Positions 1-12,054 of a DNA stretch of 64,000 nucleotides are shown piece after piece (positions within the stretch are counted from its first letter, which is position 1; every line of letters begins with the position of its first letter). The notes under the pieces were generated by a model that saw nothing but the letters and a program-made list of their open reading frames with translations, made no database searches and was not told the origin of the DNA. Source of the stretch: Octopus sinensis (lineage: Eukaryota); NCBI RefSeq assembly GCF_006345805.1, contig NC_043005.1:52328001-52392000 (forward strand), in the 5' to 3' direction. Both the position numbers and the translations under genes were made by a program.

Positions 1-422
1 GCAAAGACAAGACAAGACAAGACACAACCAAAACAACAACAACAGCAGCAGCAACAAAGAACTAAAGTACCATTACTGCGACATTCGCATTCATCATCAC
101 CATTATCACTAGCTAAACTACCGCCACCGCCGCCACCACCACCACCACCCATACCACCATCAGCGGCATCAGCAGCAGCCCTATAACTACCGCCTTCACT
201 GTGAAGAACGTCAACGAAGAAGGTGACGATGTGGGAGGTAGCAACAAAAGGAACTGCACAATTATATTATTGTAAAACAATTGTGTTATCGGGCAGAATT
301 GAAGAAATATAAGTAAGTCGTGAATAGCCAATTTAATTGCAAATTCTATGAATAATAAGGAAATATAAACATCTTGCGATGAACCGAGAGACGGCCGTCC
401 ATCCTTACGGCATCAGCACTAT

Positions 423-453
<31 letters not shown>

Positions 454-1091
454 TATACACGTGGGTGGCGCCAGTGGCATTCTCAATACAAGAAAACAAC
501 GTCATCCCATGCGATGAGGGGGGAAAACGATGAATTTAAACAACTACAACAAAGACCGCCTTTAACCTTGATTGAAGGAAGGAAATATTGCTTTGTATTC
601 TAAACTAGATAATTTCTGATTTGAATTGTTAACAAACCAACTGTGATTGACAATATTTACTGGGCAGGGAAATATTTATGAGTACTTAAGGGCCAAACGT
701 CTGGCATCATGTAAATTACAATATCTCTTTAGCATTGCGCCCCACCAACCTATCTTCTACAGTTTGATGGACATCACGCATATGAGTTACACAGAGCAAA
801 ACTACGCCAAAAGCATACCATAGTTTCGATTTCATTCCTCTGTAATTCAACGTAAATTTGGCGGAACACGCAACAACATTACACCACCAATATTTGCTAT
901 CGTCGTTGTTATTTAGCCTCAGTTCAAAACTAACCGTTCAGACCAACAATGGTAAATGACATTCCAACCGTGACCATCATCTCTTTTGAACTGTTTGCAG
1001 ATCTACATTAGGTGATGCGTTATTTCCTTATTGAAGAATTTTACACTATCAATAATTGTTGGTACTTGGCGCCAGATAATCTCCGTGTTTA

Positions 1092-1262
1092 CCTGGGTGC
1101 ACGGCCTAGTGATTAGAGTGCTGTACTCGAAATAACTGTCTCACGACCGAGGTTTCGATTACAGGACCCAGCGGTGCATTGTGGTTTTGAGCACCGCTTT
1201 TCATTCCACGTTGCTCTGTGATCACTTCGACATCATACACGTATCACACCGACCGTGTACTT
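1092..1262 (+). mobile_element. Degenerate tRNA-derived CORE-type SINE (family C)
   Basis: A-box-like cggcctagtgattag, B-box-like ggtttcgattac, then gtggttttgagcaccgc...ccacgttgctct, homologous to the copies at 2672-3008 and 5140-5385. Confidence 0.6.
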
Positions 1263-1749
1263 TTACGGGTGTTATGTCGCACGTTCGGGTGCCTTCTACT
1301 CAACTCGACTGCTACTCTACTCTGCTCTCTCGACTCTCTACTCTGACGTCTAGACTTCTCCTTCTATATCTACATATTGGGCTAGCCTACTTCATCGTCT
1401 GGGGGCGTCCACACAACATCAGGTAATGTCGATTTGATGGAAGCAGTGTTCAAATATTCTATCACGCTTTAATCAAGCTATTTGTGCAGGTTGTTCAGAA
1501 AGAAATTGCAGAATCATCTTTCTCGAACTCGAGTGTCCTCTAACAAACAAACTCGGAGTGAAAATTGATACAAAACAATTCCATTCCAGTGGTGATCATC
1601 CCGAAAGAATAATCTGTGCAGTGTGTCGTATCTTTATTGAAGAATTCTACAGAATTAAAAGTGGAATTTGTTTTTAGTCATGCATGAAACTGTTCAGATC
1701 AACATATAATCAACAGTATTCTAGCCACAAGCATCCTATCTTTTCAACG

Positions 1750-2215
1750 GTATGTAGGTCTACGTTATGCACTATGTTATTTCTTTGTGACAGTATGGTG
1801 TAATTTGAGGGAGATATGAGTGGTATGCCTCTCAGATTGGGCGACCACAAAGACGAACTACATCGGATCATCTAGGTCGTGTCTAAATAGAATATTCTTT
1901 AGGCCAGAAGATACAGATATTATGTTCTTTTGCTTTCTGTGGAAGGGACGCGTTCCACTGGTCTGGTATCCATTTGCGGTCAACGCCTGCTGAATGGACG
2001 GATTGGCATGCTGTGACTGCTCATGCGCAGACATACGCTGGGGCCACGACGTCTCCAGCGCTTCCTTGACGGTGAGCAGGTGTGGTCACTGTTTGTCAGA
2101 CAGAATTTGCACAGCTCACATCTGTAACTGAGCTGCAGTCTTGGATCAGGCGTAGAGCGAGGTAGGGCACCTGACACCAAGTAATATTCAGATCCCACTG
2201 CTGTTTCCACAATAA
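1750..2215 (-). mobile_element. Decayed RTE-clade LINE 5' fragment (5' region and start of AP endonuclease)
   Basis: Minus-strand translation gives RP..ERHTTHISLKLHH, resembling the RTE ORF start RPERRTALIARELHRY. Multiple stops; GC-richer than the flanks. Confidence 0.4.
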
Positions 2216-2671
2216 ATATTCAGTTACTTAATCAGCTGAATATACGACTTTCTAAAATTAACGATTACGTTGCTGAGCATGCACAAATACACTTGAATTG
2301 AACTACACATATAATCCATACAATGGGCTTCCGAGCAGTTTCCGCCTACTATATTCTACACACAAAGCATAGTTTGAACCAATGTTATTATAAAGACAAT
2401 TCTCCATGATGCCGGCAGTTGTATGATTGCAAAGTAAATTTGTTAGTCTTGCAGTAAAGCTGTGAATATAATATATAACAAACAGAAGGAAGCTAGTCTT
2501 GAACAGCATAAATGAATATACATATTATTACTTATTTAATCAGACTGTCAAATTAGGCCTTGCGAAAGATCTTTTACCAGTTTAGTTTTATTGTTACTCG
2601 CCAATTGATACACGCTTCTAATCTCTCCTTAAGACGGCAAAATTAAGAGGGGAATGTTCATTATTGAGGAG

Positions 2672-3008
2672 GAGGAGACCCCCTTCGGTCATGAATGACC
2701 ATGGGATTGCACCTAGAAAGTTACCCTCCGAGGTACAAGTCCGGGAAGGTTGTTTATGGAGGGCCAGCAGTCGCCCATGCATACCAGAGTCCTCTCTCCA
2801 CACCACTGATGTTATCCAAGGGAAAGGCAAAGGTCGATACAGCTTGGTGCCAGTAATGTCACAACTAATTTCTACAGCTGACTGAACTAGAGCAACGTGA
2901 AATAGTGTCTTGCTCAAGAGCACAACACGCAGCCCGGTCCGGGAATCGGGCTCACAACCTCACGATCGTAAGCTCGACGTTCTAACCACTGAGCCATGCG
3001 CATTCACT
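2672..3008 (-). mobile_element. tRNA-derived CORE-type SINE (family C), near full length
   Basis: Reverse complement starts gtgaatgcgcatggctcagtggttag (A box)...gagcccgattccc (B box), then gtgctcttgagcaagacact...ttcacgttgctctagttcagtcagctgtagaaat (CORE-like). Confidence 0.8.
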
Positions 3009-3984
3009 GTTCATTATTAAAATATAAACAAATATATTGGCCTAAGTACAGCTCGTTTCTAATGAAACAGGCAAAAGAATCCAGGAGCTCGAGTCGATTT
3101 TTGGCTGAAGCTCTTTCATTGTATCTATGTTGAAATTCCCATCAAGAAATAAATACGGTTACCTGATCTTCCCGAAACAGCAGTAACATCATAACCCACG
3201 ATTAAAAGAGAGTGTAAGATACACTTATCGGAAATCAAGCCGGCTTGATCACATTTAGAATGCGATTGATCTGATACCTTCTGGATAAGAACTAATCTAG
3301 AGCAAATCTAACTTAAGAAATGCAGCTACAGGTTTATTGAATAATCTCAATATATATGTTTTTGCGTATATCCCAGGGATTATGTCAATAGAATGTTGAG
3401 CAAATTGAATTTGAACCTGAAAAAAGTAATTTAATTTCAGCTGGGTGTTAATGCGTAAGCACTGGCTTACGCATTAATACGGGAATCATTTTTGCTTATC
3501 AATTATAAAAAAAAAAAAAAATCAATATCTATTCCATTCGAAAACTATTTTTCGTTTTTAAAGCATACGGAATTAAATAGATAAATTATCTAGACGTAAC
3601 GCACATGATCGGCTTCTGTGGATTTGATCTTCCATCCTCAAAGAACGAATTGTAGAATATCTTATCTATTCATTCATTCAGCTATTTCGAGTATTTACAT
3701 TTTGAAAATATTAAATTATATTTCATCTACTCGCGTACGGCAGTGAAAGAAGATTAACATATTGTCTCGCGGCGTTTATTAAACACACCAAGAGCATTTC
3801 CTTTAATGTTATAATTTAAATATGTTTACATATGTTGTGATTAATTTTAATTATGATTAATATCAGCCAAGTTTATGAGACCATTTATATATAATTCAGA
3901 AAATTTATGAGATCATAACTTACTTCTTGAAACATAAACCAATAAAATAAAATTATGATAATGATTAGTTTTGACTAGGCAAAA

Positions 3985-5040
3985 TGCCAGTTAAACAACA
4001 AACTGCTAATTCTGAGAGACTTGTTGGCCAAGTGGGAAAATGTAATGATGCTTGGAATGGCATGGTTGATGCCCACGGCGTTCGTTCATTAAAACATTAA
4101 TGGTCAGCCTTTTCTTAGTACATGTCCTCTATATAAGACACGTTTTAAAGAATATAATTTTATCCGGCTGACGGACACGGAACAAACTGGTGCACATTGA
4201 GGGTGAAATCAAGATATTTTATACATTTTCTGACAGAGATATTAATGTCCATAATATCTGTAATGCAGACGAAATAAGTGGTGCTATATATTGTAACTAT
4301 CATTTATCAAAGATGTCTTAGAATCATTTGTATCACGAATTTTGCGTTCATTTTGTTTTTGGAGTTAAAAATCTACGTTGGCCGAGAAAAAAACATTTCA
4401 AAACATAAACGTAACTTTGTTAATTATAAAAGAAATCTCTGAAAGTTGTTTAAAGGAAATTTCCCTATATATCTCTTGTAAAAGGGTTACATCAGTGTTA
4501 TGTAAAAATAGCAAAGTCTTTGCAAATAATAGCTTAACAAAACACCAAATAAGCAAAGCATCTAGTTCAAATTGGAGGAAGCGAAAAATGGTAAAATAAC
4601 TTCAAACCAACATGAAAGCTGAATTGAATTACAATGTGCAATTCCAAGGTCGGTTATGTCTGTTTTTATCCTCATGTGGTATGCTGATGGTGGCATTTAA
4701 AATGGGAGATACTCAGTTAATTTCTGTTGACAACTTAGACAAATCTTTGAGGAAAAACACTTCAAAAATTCTTCTGAGATCACTTTGGGATATAAGAGTC
4801 AATTCATTTGTTATGAATCTTCAAATAACACATCATGCATGAATTAGCTCTAGCAGATCTTGTCAGCTGCGTTAAATACGTTAAATAATTAACATAGGAC
4901 TTCACACAAATCCATGAGAAACATCCCACCTCAGCTATAATTTATATGAAAAAAGGTTTGGAAGATTGTCAAACATTGTAAAATATTCTTGCGACACAAA
5001 ATGAAAGCCAGACATCTTCCTGGTCTCTATGATCTTTGTG
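3985..5040 (+). mobile_element. Decayed RTE-clade LINE fragment (AP endonuclease C-terminal half to start of RT)
   Basis: Frame-shifted translation: LLILRD...VGKCNDAWNGMVDAHGVR (RTE GDFNARVG...WxGxIGxHGVG), RDINVHNICNA..SGA..C.YH (RDxxDVxITRAMRGAxCWTDH), and AIIYMKKGLEDC (RT start IxxLYKxKGxxxDC). Confidence 0.65.
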
Positions 5041-5139
5041 CTCAGTTAAATGAAAAGCAGCAAAGTGAGGGATGCGTTTTCTCTTCTTTTATAGATTACG
5101 TAGAAAATATATTGATTAAAAATAAATAAAATAAATGCG

Positions 5140-5385
5140 CCCTTTTGAAGCCTAGCCAGGCTCATGGGCACGGTTTATCGGTTTCAATGGTGATGTGTTC
5201 CTCAGCTGGACGAGGAACACCAGTCCATCGCAGCGTTACTCATTTTTGCCAGCTGAGTGGACTGGGGCAACGTGAAATGAAGTCTATTGCTCAAGAACAC
5301 AACGTATCGCCCGGTCCAGGAATCGAAACCACAACCTTACGATCATGAGTTCAACACACTAACCACTAAGCCACGCGCCTCCACA
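5140..5385 (-). mobile_element. tRNA-derived CORE-type SINE (family C)
   Basis: Reverse complement: gtggaggcgcgtggcttagtggttag (A box), ggtttcgattcc (B box), gtgttcttgagcaa...cacgttgccccagtccactcagctggcaaaaatgagta (CORE-like). Confidence 0.8.
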
Positions 5386-6414
5386 AATATATTGATTAGG
5401 ATTATTATAATATTCCAAATGCGCCTCTGAGAAACACGGTACATAAAAAAATCAAAGTTCAATGCATGACCACAGAGCAAGATTATTTTCTGTTTCGTAG
5501 GCTCAGACAAACTTTTGTTGTTTTGAAGTTCACATTGTAACAAGTGGTTCTAGATTAAAAACTTTCCTCAGACGTAACTTAGGAAAGTGTTTTCTACTAC
5601 TACATTCTAAAGGCTATCAATAGTATGTTAAATGAAATTTTTTTTTAAATGAGCTTTTAAGCTCATCTTGTGTGTGTGTGGGTGCGTCGTGTAGTATGTG
5701 TTTGCGTATCGTCGAACGATTACAGGTATCGAGGTGTCGCATGTAACATACATTTACACTTAACTTAGTTTTTATTCATCAGGAAATCAGTAAATTATTG
5801 TGGCTAAAAACACTCTTTTCTCTACGTCGTGATTTTTGGTTCCATCCTATTGCATAGCAACTCTAGCAAATATCTTCTACAATAGCCCCGATTACACCAA
5901 CGTGGAATTTAGCCATTGGGGACTATGTGAAAACTCCTATGAATACATATATACATAAATACATGCATGCATCCATCCAACCATCCATCCACCCTTACAT
6001 ACATACGTACGTACGTACATACATACATACATACATACATACATACATACATACATACATACACATACATACATTACATGCATACATATACCAAGTGTAC
6101 CAGCAAAATTGTCCAAATTTTAGATTCAACTTCGAACTTTTGTGTCTCAGGAATGCTTAAAGGTACTTTAATGGAATTATCAGAGATGCTTCTAACTCTA
6201 TTGCACTCTCGTTTGAGCAAGAAGAATGTCGATTACTCTGCAAGTTCATCGGAAGAGTCGTGATGAAGTAGATCATGAACGAAAATGACATTTTCAGAAA
6301 TAATTAACCGTAGCTCAGGATTAGGAATCCATAAAAGAGTGGAATAAAGTTCGAATAGAAGCTTAAAGATTTATTGCGAAGTTTCCGAGGCAATCCTGGC
6401 CGGAATCCCACCTG

Positions 6415-6735
6415 GCGCCAAGAGTTGCTCCTCTGTTAGCAATGTCTTCCTCAACCCTCTTTTTGAATGCACCACCAACTTTCTTAATGAATTCTTTATC
6501 ATATCCTCCTCCCACGTACTACATATGGAGCTTTTGAGGGCTTGCAGGTTACTGTGGGGCTTCTCTCAAGCCTTTCTGAGCAGTTCATTCCAGATTCTGA
6601 AGTCTAAAGGGTTCAAGTCACGCGAAGAAGGGAGTCAGGTGTCCTTATCCCAAAACCTTTTCCCAAACTCTTCACTGAGAATTTTTTGAGCTACTGAACA
6701 TATGTGAGACGGAGCTCCATTTTGCTGGAAACACA
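6415..6735 (-). mobile_element. Tc1/mariner transposase C-terminal remnant (pseudogene)
   Basis: Minus strand reads CFQQNGAPSH...FWDKDT*LPSSRDLNPLDFRIWNELLRKA*EKPHSNLQALKSSI, matching the FQQDGAPxH and WPPSSPDLNPLD motifs. Contains in-frame stops. Confidence 0.85.
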
Positions 6736-7439
6736 TATATATACATATAAACATATCAAGAAACAAAAGTTCATAAAGTAACGAAAAGGAAAAGAAATTA
6801 TCTTGTGCTTTTTGGACAAATTCGCTTATTTTTTTAATCATATATTTTAAAAATCACATATTTACAATGACTCCTCTAAGGTTGTCCAAGAACTAGGTGC
6901 CGTTGTTAAGGTAGTCGATAGATATACAGTTTTCCAAAATGTTTGTTAAATACAACGACATAAGAGTCATTAGAGCGTCGGACAAATATCTTCTAGTTTT
7001 CCTTCTGTTCCTCAAAAGTGCCAACTCTATTAATCAAGCCAGGGGTAACCTTTTAACTCTTTTCGAATATCTTTTAACCATGTGAAAAATGAAGGTAACA
7101 CAATTTCAAGTTTTCTCACTAACTTCAACTCTTTAGAGGAAAACCATTGCTAATGTAATGCATGTTACCTTATTGGATTCAAATTGAGTCGAAACACTAC
7201 ATTTTTTCTCTCTGTTTTGTCGTTACTAAAATGACCATTAATATATTTAATTTCAGGATTATACACAGCATTTCTTTATAACGTATCATCTTTCCTTTTG
7301 TTTACAACCTGCTGGTGTCAAACTGGTTGTTCGATCGTCAGATGTTGATTACATAGGGGCGACTTTCTAAGTTAGAAATCAATAATGTTCTAATCATTCA
7401 AAAAAATTATATCATTTTAGTTGAAAAAAATGTAAATGT

Positions 7440-8250
7440 CCTTCGCCAACTCCACCTCCTCATTATCAATTTCTTGTTCTTCCTCCCATTCCTCAACCTC
7501 CGCCCCTCCTCCACCTCCTCTTCCTCCACCTCCTCCTCCTCCACCACCACCACCTCCAATTCCTCCACCTACTCCACCTACTCCCTCTTCCTCCACCTGA
7601 ATCTCCTTCCTCCTCCTCTCCTCTTCCTCCACCTCCTCCTCCTCCAATCCTCCACCTCCTCCTCTACCACCACATCCAACACCTCCAGCTCCACCTCTTC
7701 CACCTGAACCACCTCCTCCTCCTCCTCCTCCCTCCTCCTCCCTCTTCCTCCCCTTCCTCCTGCTCCTCTCTCCTTCTCCTCTCCTTCTCCTTCTCCTCTT
7801 CCCTTCCTCCTCCACCTCTTCCCTTCCTCCACCTCCTCCACCACCACCACCACCACATCCATCTCCTCCTCCTTCTTCCCCTACCTCCACCTCCTCCCAT
7901 CCTCCATCTCCACCTCCTCCCTCCTCCTCCTCCACCTCTCCTCTCCTTTCCCCCTCTCCCCTCTCCCCTCCCTCCTCACCTCCACCTCCTCATCTCCTCC
8001 TCCTCTTCTCCTCCTCAACTCCTCTCCTCCTCCTCCTCCTCCAACCCTCCACCTCCTCCTCCTCCTCCTCCTCTTCCCTTCCTCCTCCACCTCCTCCTCC
8101 TCCTCCTCCTCTCCTCCTCCTCCTCCTCCTCCTCCTCCACCACCACCACCACCACATCCATCTCCTCCTCCTCTTCCCTTCCTCCACCTCCTCCACCACC
8201 ACCACCACCACCACATCTTCCCCCTCTTCCTTTTCCTCGTCATCACTATT
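7440..8250. repeat. About 810-bp (CCT)n/(CCA)n polypyrimidine low-complexity tract
   Basis: Almost purely C/T on the + strand with recurring ccaccaccaccacatccatctcctcc units. It generates the spurious Glu/Gly/Arg-rich ORFs in the track. Confidence 0.95.
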
Positions 8251-8332
8251 ACTGTAGCCATAATTTCCATACAATAGCTTATCGTTATTATATTTATTCT
8301 TTTTTTCACTGTTTATGCAAACGTTATCATAA

Positions 8333-9910
8333 ATGCATTTCAACAAGGTTTTTCACTATCGACAGGAACTGTCAGAAAACATCGGACGTTTGGTCAACCT
8401 GCGTTATTTAGATGCATCTCATAATCAAATTTGCGTGCTTCCTCGTAGTGTCGCAGGCTGGGAGTATGGACTACACACGCTTCTACTGAATTCAAATCAA
8501 ATTTCAGAGATACCATCAGATTTCGGAATATTAAAACGCATAGAAACTCTAAATTTAGCAGATAATTTGATTCACCAGGTACCAAGCAATTTTCTTGAAT
8601 TAGTGTCGCTTAAATCTTTAAATCTGTCAGGAAACCAGATATCAAAGTTTTTCACTGTTGGTAAGTTATTCAGCTTGGAACACCTTTATTTTGCCAACAA
8701 TCAGCTTACTAGTATTCCTTTTGACATTGGTAATCTAACCCATTTAATTACTTTGGACGTTGCTGGCAACAATATTCCGTCTTTCCATCCAGATCTCGGC
8801 AGAATCAAGTCTTTGAAAAATGTCAACTTCAGTGACAATGGTATTACTTACTTCCCAACATATCTTGGAGCTAATCAAGTTATTAAAAGTTTTAAATTCG
8901 CTAAAAATAACCTTAAGGAGGAACTCGATCTTAGTAGATTCATGTTTATGGAGGAATTCGACGTATCCGAAAACAGTTTCTACACGTTACCAAAATATTT
9001 AGGGGAGATGAAATTTCTACGTATTATTGATGTGACAAACTGTATGGTTTCCAATTTCTCAGTTCCAAAATCTATAGAGCAACTAAAATTGTCTGGGAAC
9101 CCACTAGCAACCGATCCAAAATCTATTTTAGGCGTTATTGCCGAAAAGCAGAATTCAAAGTTTCTAACACATTTATACCTAAGTAATATTGGGTTAGAGG
9201 ACATTCCGCTTTCTCTTGGTCGATGTAAGATGTTAGAGGTACTAGCCGTGGACCATAACAACCTCAGAGGTATTCCTGATAATATTTGTAAGCTTCGAAA
9301 TCTAATAGAACTTCATATTAATAGCAATGAAATAACAGAATTGCCAAAGAAAATTGATGGATTTGTACGTTTACGTAAATTAAATGCGTCTTCTAATAAG
9401 ATCAAGGAAATTCCTGAGGGAATGTTAAATATGTGTTTGTTGAACGAATTAGATCTTTCTTTGAATCAGCTTACTGATTTGCCAGAAGATTTCGGGGATA
9501 TGATAGGGCTAAGTTATGTTGATCTGTCATATAATACCATTAGAGAATTCCCTGATGCTAAAATGGATGTTATGGCTTCGATATGTGTCTTAATATTGAT
9601 AGGAAATCGTGTCAATGCTATTCCACCTAGTTTCACATCAATATATAGGGTTAAAAAACTAGATTTGACAGGAAATCATATAAAAACCATACCGAAAGAC
9701 CTATGGAATATGCACCGCCTACAAGAACTCATACTCAAAGACAACGTAATCGAAACTGTTCCAAATACTATTTGTAAGTTGCCCGCTATTAAATTATTGG
9801 ATTTATCAGATAACAAAATAATGACTTTTCCAGCTAAATTTGAAAAGATGAAACAACAAGGCGTGGTTATATTAACTGACCATCAAAATCAAAGGAAAAC
9901 TAAAAGTTAA
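8333..9910 (+). CDS. Intracellular leucine-rich-repeat-only protein, about 21 LRRs of roughly 23 aa (SHOC2/LRRC40/lrrA-like repeat class); possibly the terminal exon of a spliced gene
   Basis: Uninterrupted 525-codon ORF in AT-rich DNA with repeated LxxLxLxxNxIxxIPxxIGxL units (e.g. LRYLDASHNQICVLP, LEHLYFANNQLTSIPFDIGNL, LNELDLSLNQLTDLPEDFGDM). No TM segment, signal peptide or LRRNT/LRRCT Cys cluster is visible. The true 5' end is uncertain. Confidence 0.9.
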   Translation: MHFNKVFHYRQELSENIGRLVNLRYLDASHNQICVLPRSVAGWEYGLHTLLLNSNQISEIPSDFGILKRIETLNLADNLIHQVPSNFLELVSLKSLNLSGNQISKFFTVGKLFSLEHLYFANNQLTSIPFDIGNLTHLITLDVAGNNIPSFHPDLGRIKSLKNVNFSDNGITYFPTYLGANQVIKSFKFAKNNLKEELDLSRFMFMEEFDVSENSFYTLPKYLGEMKFLRIIDVTNCMVSNFSVPKSIEQLKLSGNPLATDPKSILGVIAEKQNSKFLTHLYLSNIGLEDIPLSLGRCKMLEVLAVDHNNLRGIPDNICKLRNLIELHINSNEITELPKKIDGFVRLRKLNASSNKIKEIPEGMLNMCLLNELDLSLNQLTDLPEDFGDMIGLSYVDLSYNTIREFPDAKMDVMASICVLILIGNRVNAIPPSFTSIYRVKKLDLTGNHIKTIPKDLWNMHRLQELILKDNVIETVPNTICKLPAIKLLDLSDNKIMTFPAKFEKMKQQGVVILTDHQNQRKTKS

Positions 9911-10199
9911 GAATCAAGACATTGTTAAAACCATTAACAACGTTATCAGAACAATTGTCACGTTCTGTTTTAAATGTACAAAACATGGAAATACATACAA
10001 AGAAATATATGTGTATATTTATACACAGTGACAAAAATATTGCACAAGTTTGATTACATATAATTATGTTAAAAGTTGCAGTATACTGGATTGTTTTCAT
10101 GTGAGAAATCGACAGAGCATAATTTCTTGAATTAATGATAATAATTAACAAGTTAATAGAAATGATAGAAATGCTTCAAATTGAGAACACTTTCTTGTT

Positions 10200-10246
<47 letters not shown>

Positions 10247-10253
10247 CACACAC

Positions 10254-10285
<32 letters not shown>

Positions 10286-10653
10286 GTGTGTGTGTTTATG
10301 GTATTTTAGATTCCAAATAATTGTTTGTAATGAAAAATGTGACAGAAGAGGAAGTAATATGTCCGGATCAGAAACACGTACCACATTTCTATTTAATGCA
10401 GCTTCTACATTAAAACCTTGCTGAAAGTATTGCAGTTGAATCTGGATGGCAATACATTATTATTTTTAAAGTAGAACTTCAAAGAAAAATGAAAACATAT
10501 ATTTCAAACAAACTGGTTAGCAGTGAAGGAGGAAGAAAGTTTTAAAATTACAAATTTGTGCTTAGTTGTACTGAATTATTTGAAAAAAAGTATTGCAATG
10601 ATAAGTGATATCTATTAACAAAACGAGAAAACTATATATATGAGAACGACTTG

Positions 10654-10659
10654 AATAAA
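10654..10659 (+). terminator. Candidate polyadenylation signal for the LRR gene
   Basis: First AATAAA I found downstream of the stop at 9910. The motif is common in AT-rich DNA. Confidence 0.25.
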
Positions 10660-10993
10660 TAGCAAAAATATTACAACTATTATTAAAGACAAAAATTTCA
10701 ACAAGCCTTTCATTTTCACACACACACACACGCATATATACACAGTACATAGAACATGAAACATGTTTCAGAAGCATGGTAAATTATTCATACTTCCTGC
10801 ATTAAGTCATATAAATCACAGGCCATTTCATCTATTTCATCAGGCGTCCAACAGATTACGAGAAGGGATATATAAAATCGTAAACGCCCTTTCGATTAGC
10901 TTTAACGTTTTTGTTAAATATATTACGAAGTATATCTTCATTCATCGTTAAAATACTGGCAGTATTGTCGTGCTTTAAACGTATTTCGAATGC

Positions 10994-11230
10994 ATACCTA
11001 TTTCTTTACTACCCACAAGGGGCTAAACACAGAGAGGACAAACAAGGATAGACAAACGGATCAAGCCGATTATATCGACTCCAATGTGTAACTGGTACTT
11101 ATTTTATCGACCCCGAAAGGATGAAAAGCAAAGTCGACCTCGGCGGAATTTGAACTCAGAACGTAACGGCCGACGAAATACGGCTACGCATTTCGCCCGG
11201 CGTGCAAACGTTTCTGCCAGCTCGCCGCCT
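10994..11230 (-). mobile_element. tRNA-derived SINE (family A, ggcggcgagctggcag head)
   Basis: Reverse complement: ggcggcgagctggcagaaacg...gagttcaaattcc (B box)...gtcgactttgcttttcatcctttcggggtcgataaaataagtacc...ccccttgtgggtagtaaagaaataggtat. Confidence 0.9.
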
Positions 11231-11539
11231 TTTTCGAATGCATACCACGTTAAGCATTTCGTCATTAAAAAGTAGCATTTTGGAGAAATCTCGACAACTA
11301 TATATATATATATATATATTACGTTAATGATCATCAATTTCAATCTGTGGATATTGTATTCAGCATTGAAATACTGAGATGAAATATTGGGCTCTATTAA
11401 AATTCTTTGATGCTTCAAGAAATGTATATTTTGTTGTTTTTTTTCCTTACTACTCTAAGAGTTAAAAAATAAAAGTAAAAGGATGTACCATATTTAAATG
11501 TTTGGAATTATTTTTTATTCTACTAATAATAATGGTTTA

Positions 11540-11875
11540 AAATTTTGGCACAAGGCCTGAAAATTTAGGGGAAGGTATAAGTCTGGTACTGACTTTATTA
11601 ACCTCGAAATGATGAGAGGCAAAGTCAACCACAGCGAAAGGTTGACGTTTCTTTTGATAATAGTAATAATCCTTTCTGGTATTGGCACAAGGCCTGAAAT
11701 TTTAGGGCATTGGTACAGTCGATTACATCAACCTCAGTGCTCAACTGTTACTTATTTTGTCGACTCCGAAAGAATAAAAGATAAAGTCGACCTCAGCGGA
11801 ATTTGAACTCAGAACGTAAAGACGGACGAAATACTGCTAAGCATCTTGCCTAGTGTGGTGATGATTCTGCCAGAT
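11540..11875 (-). mobile_element. Two partial tandem family-A SINE copies
   Basis: Repeated ggcacaaggcctgaaa tail and aaagtcgacctcagcggaatttgaactcagaacg body. Confidence 0.75.
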
Positions 11876-12013
11876 TAATAATATAATAATAATAATAATA
11901 TAATAATAATAATATAATAATAATAATAATAATAATAACAATGATAATGATAATGATAATGATTAAACAAGAAAAGACCGCAGCGAATAGCGAAATCTGA
12001 AACCATCATATAT

Positions 12014-12049
<36 letters not shown>

Positions 12050-12054
<5 letters not shown>

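Noticed and set aside
1-186. Open + frame with polyQ/polyP/polyA (AKTRQDK...PPPPIPPSAASAAAL*)
   Set aside because: It is built from mixed trinucleotide microsatellites like those at 63750-63820, 53630 and 62165. No splice or homology support.
1276-1417. TG...CA-bounded 142-bp segment resembling a tiny solo LTR
   Set aside because: No target-site duplication, PBS or second copy visible.
7417-8346. Six Glu/Gly/Arg/Val-rich ORFs
   Set aside because: All derive from the CCT/CCA tract, which lacks stop codons in several frames.
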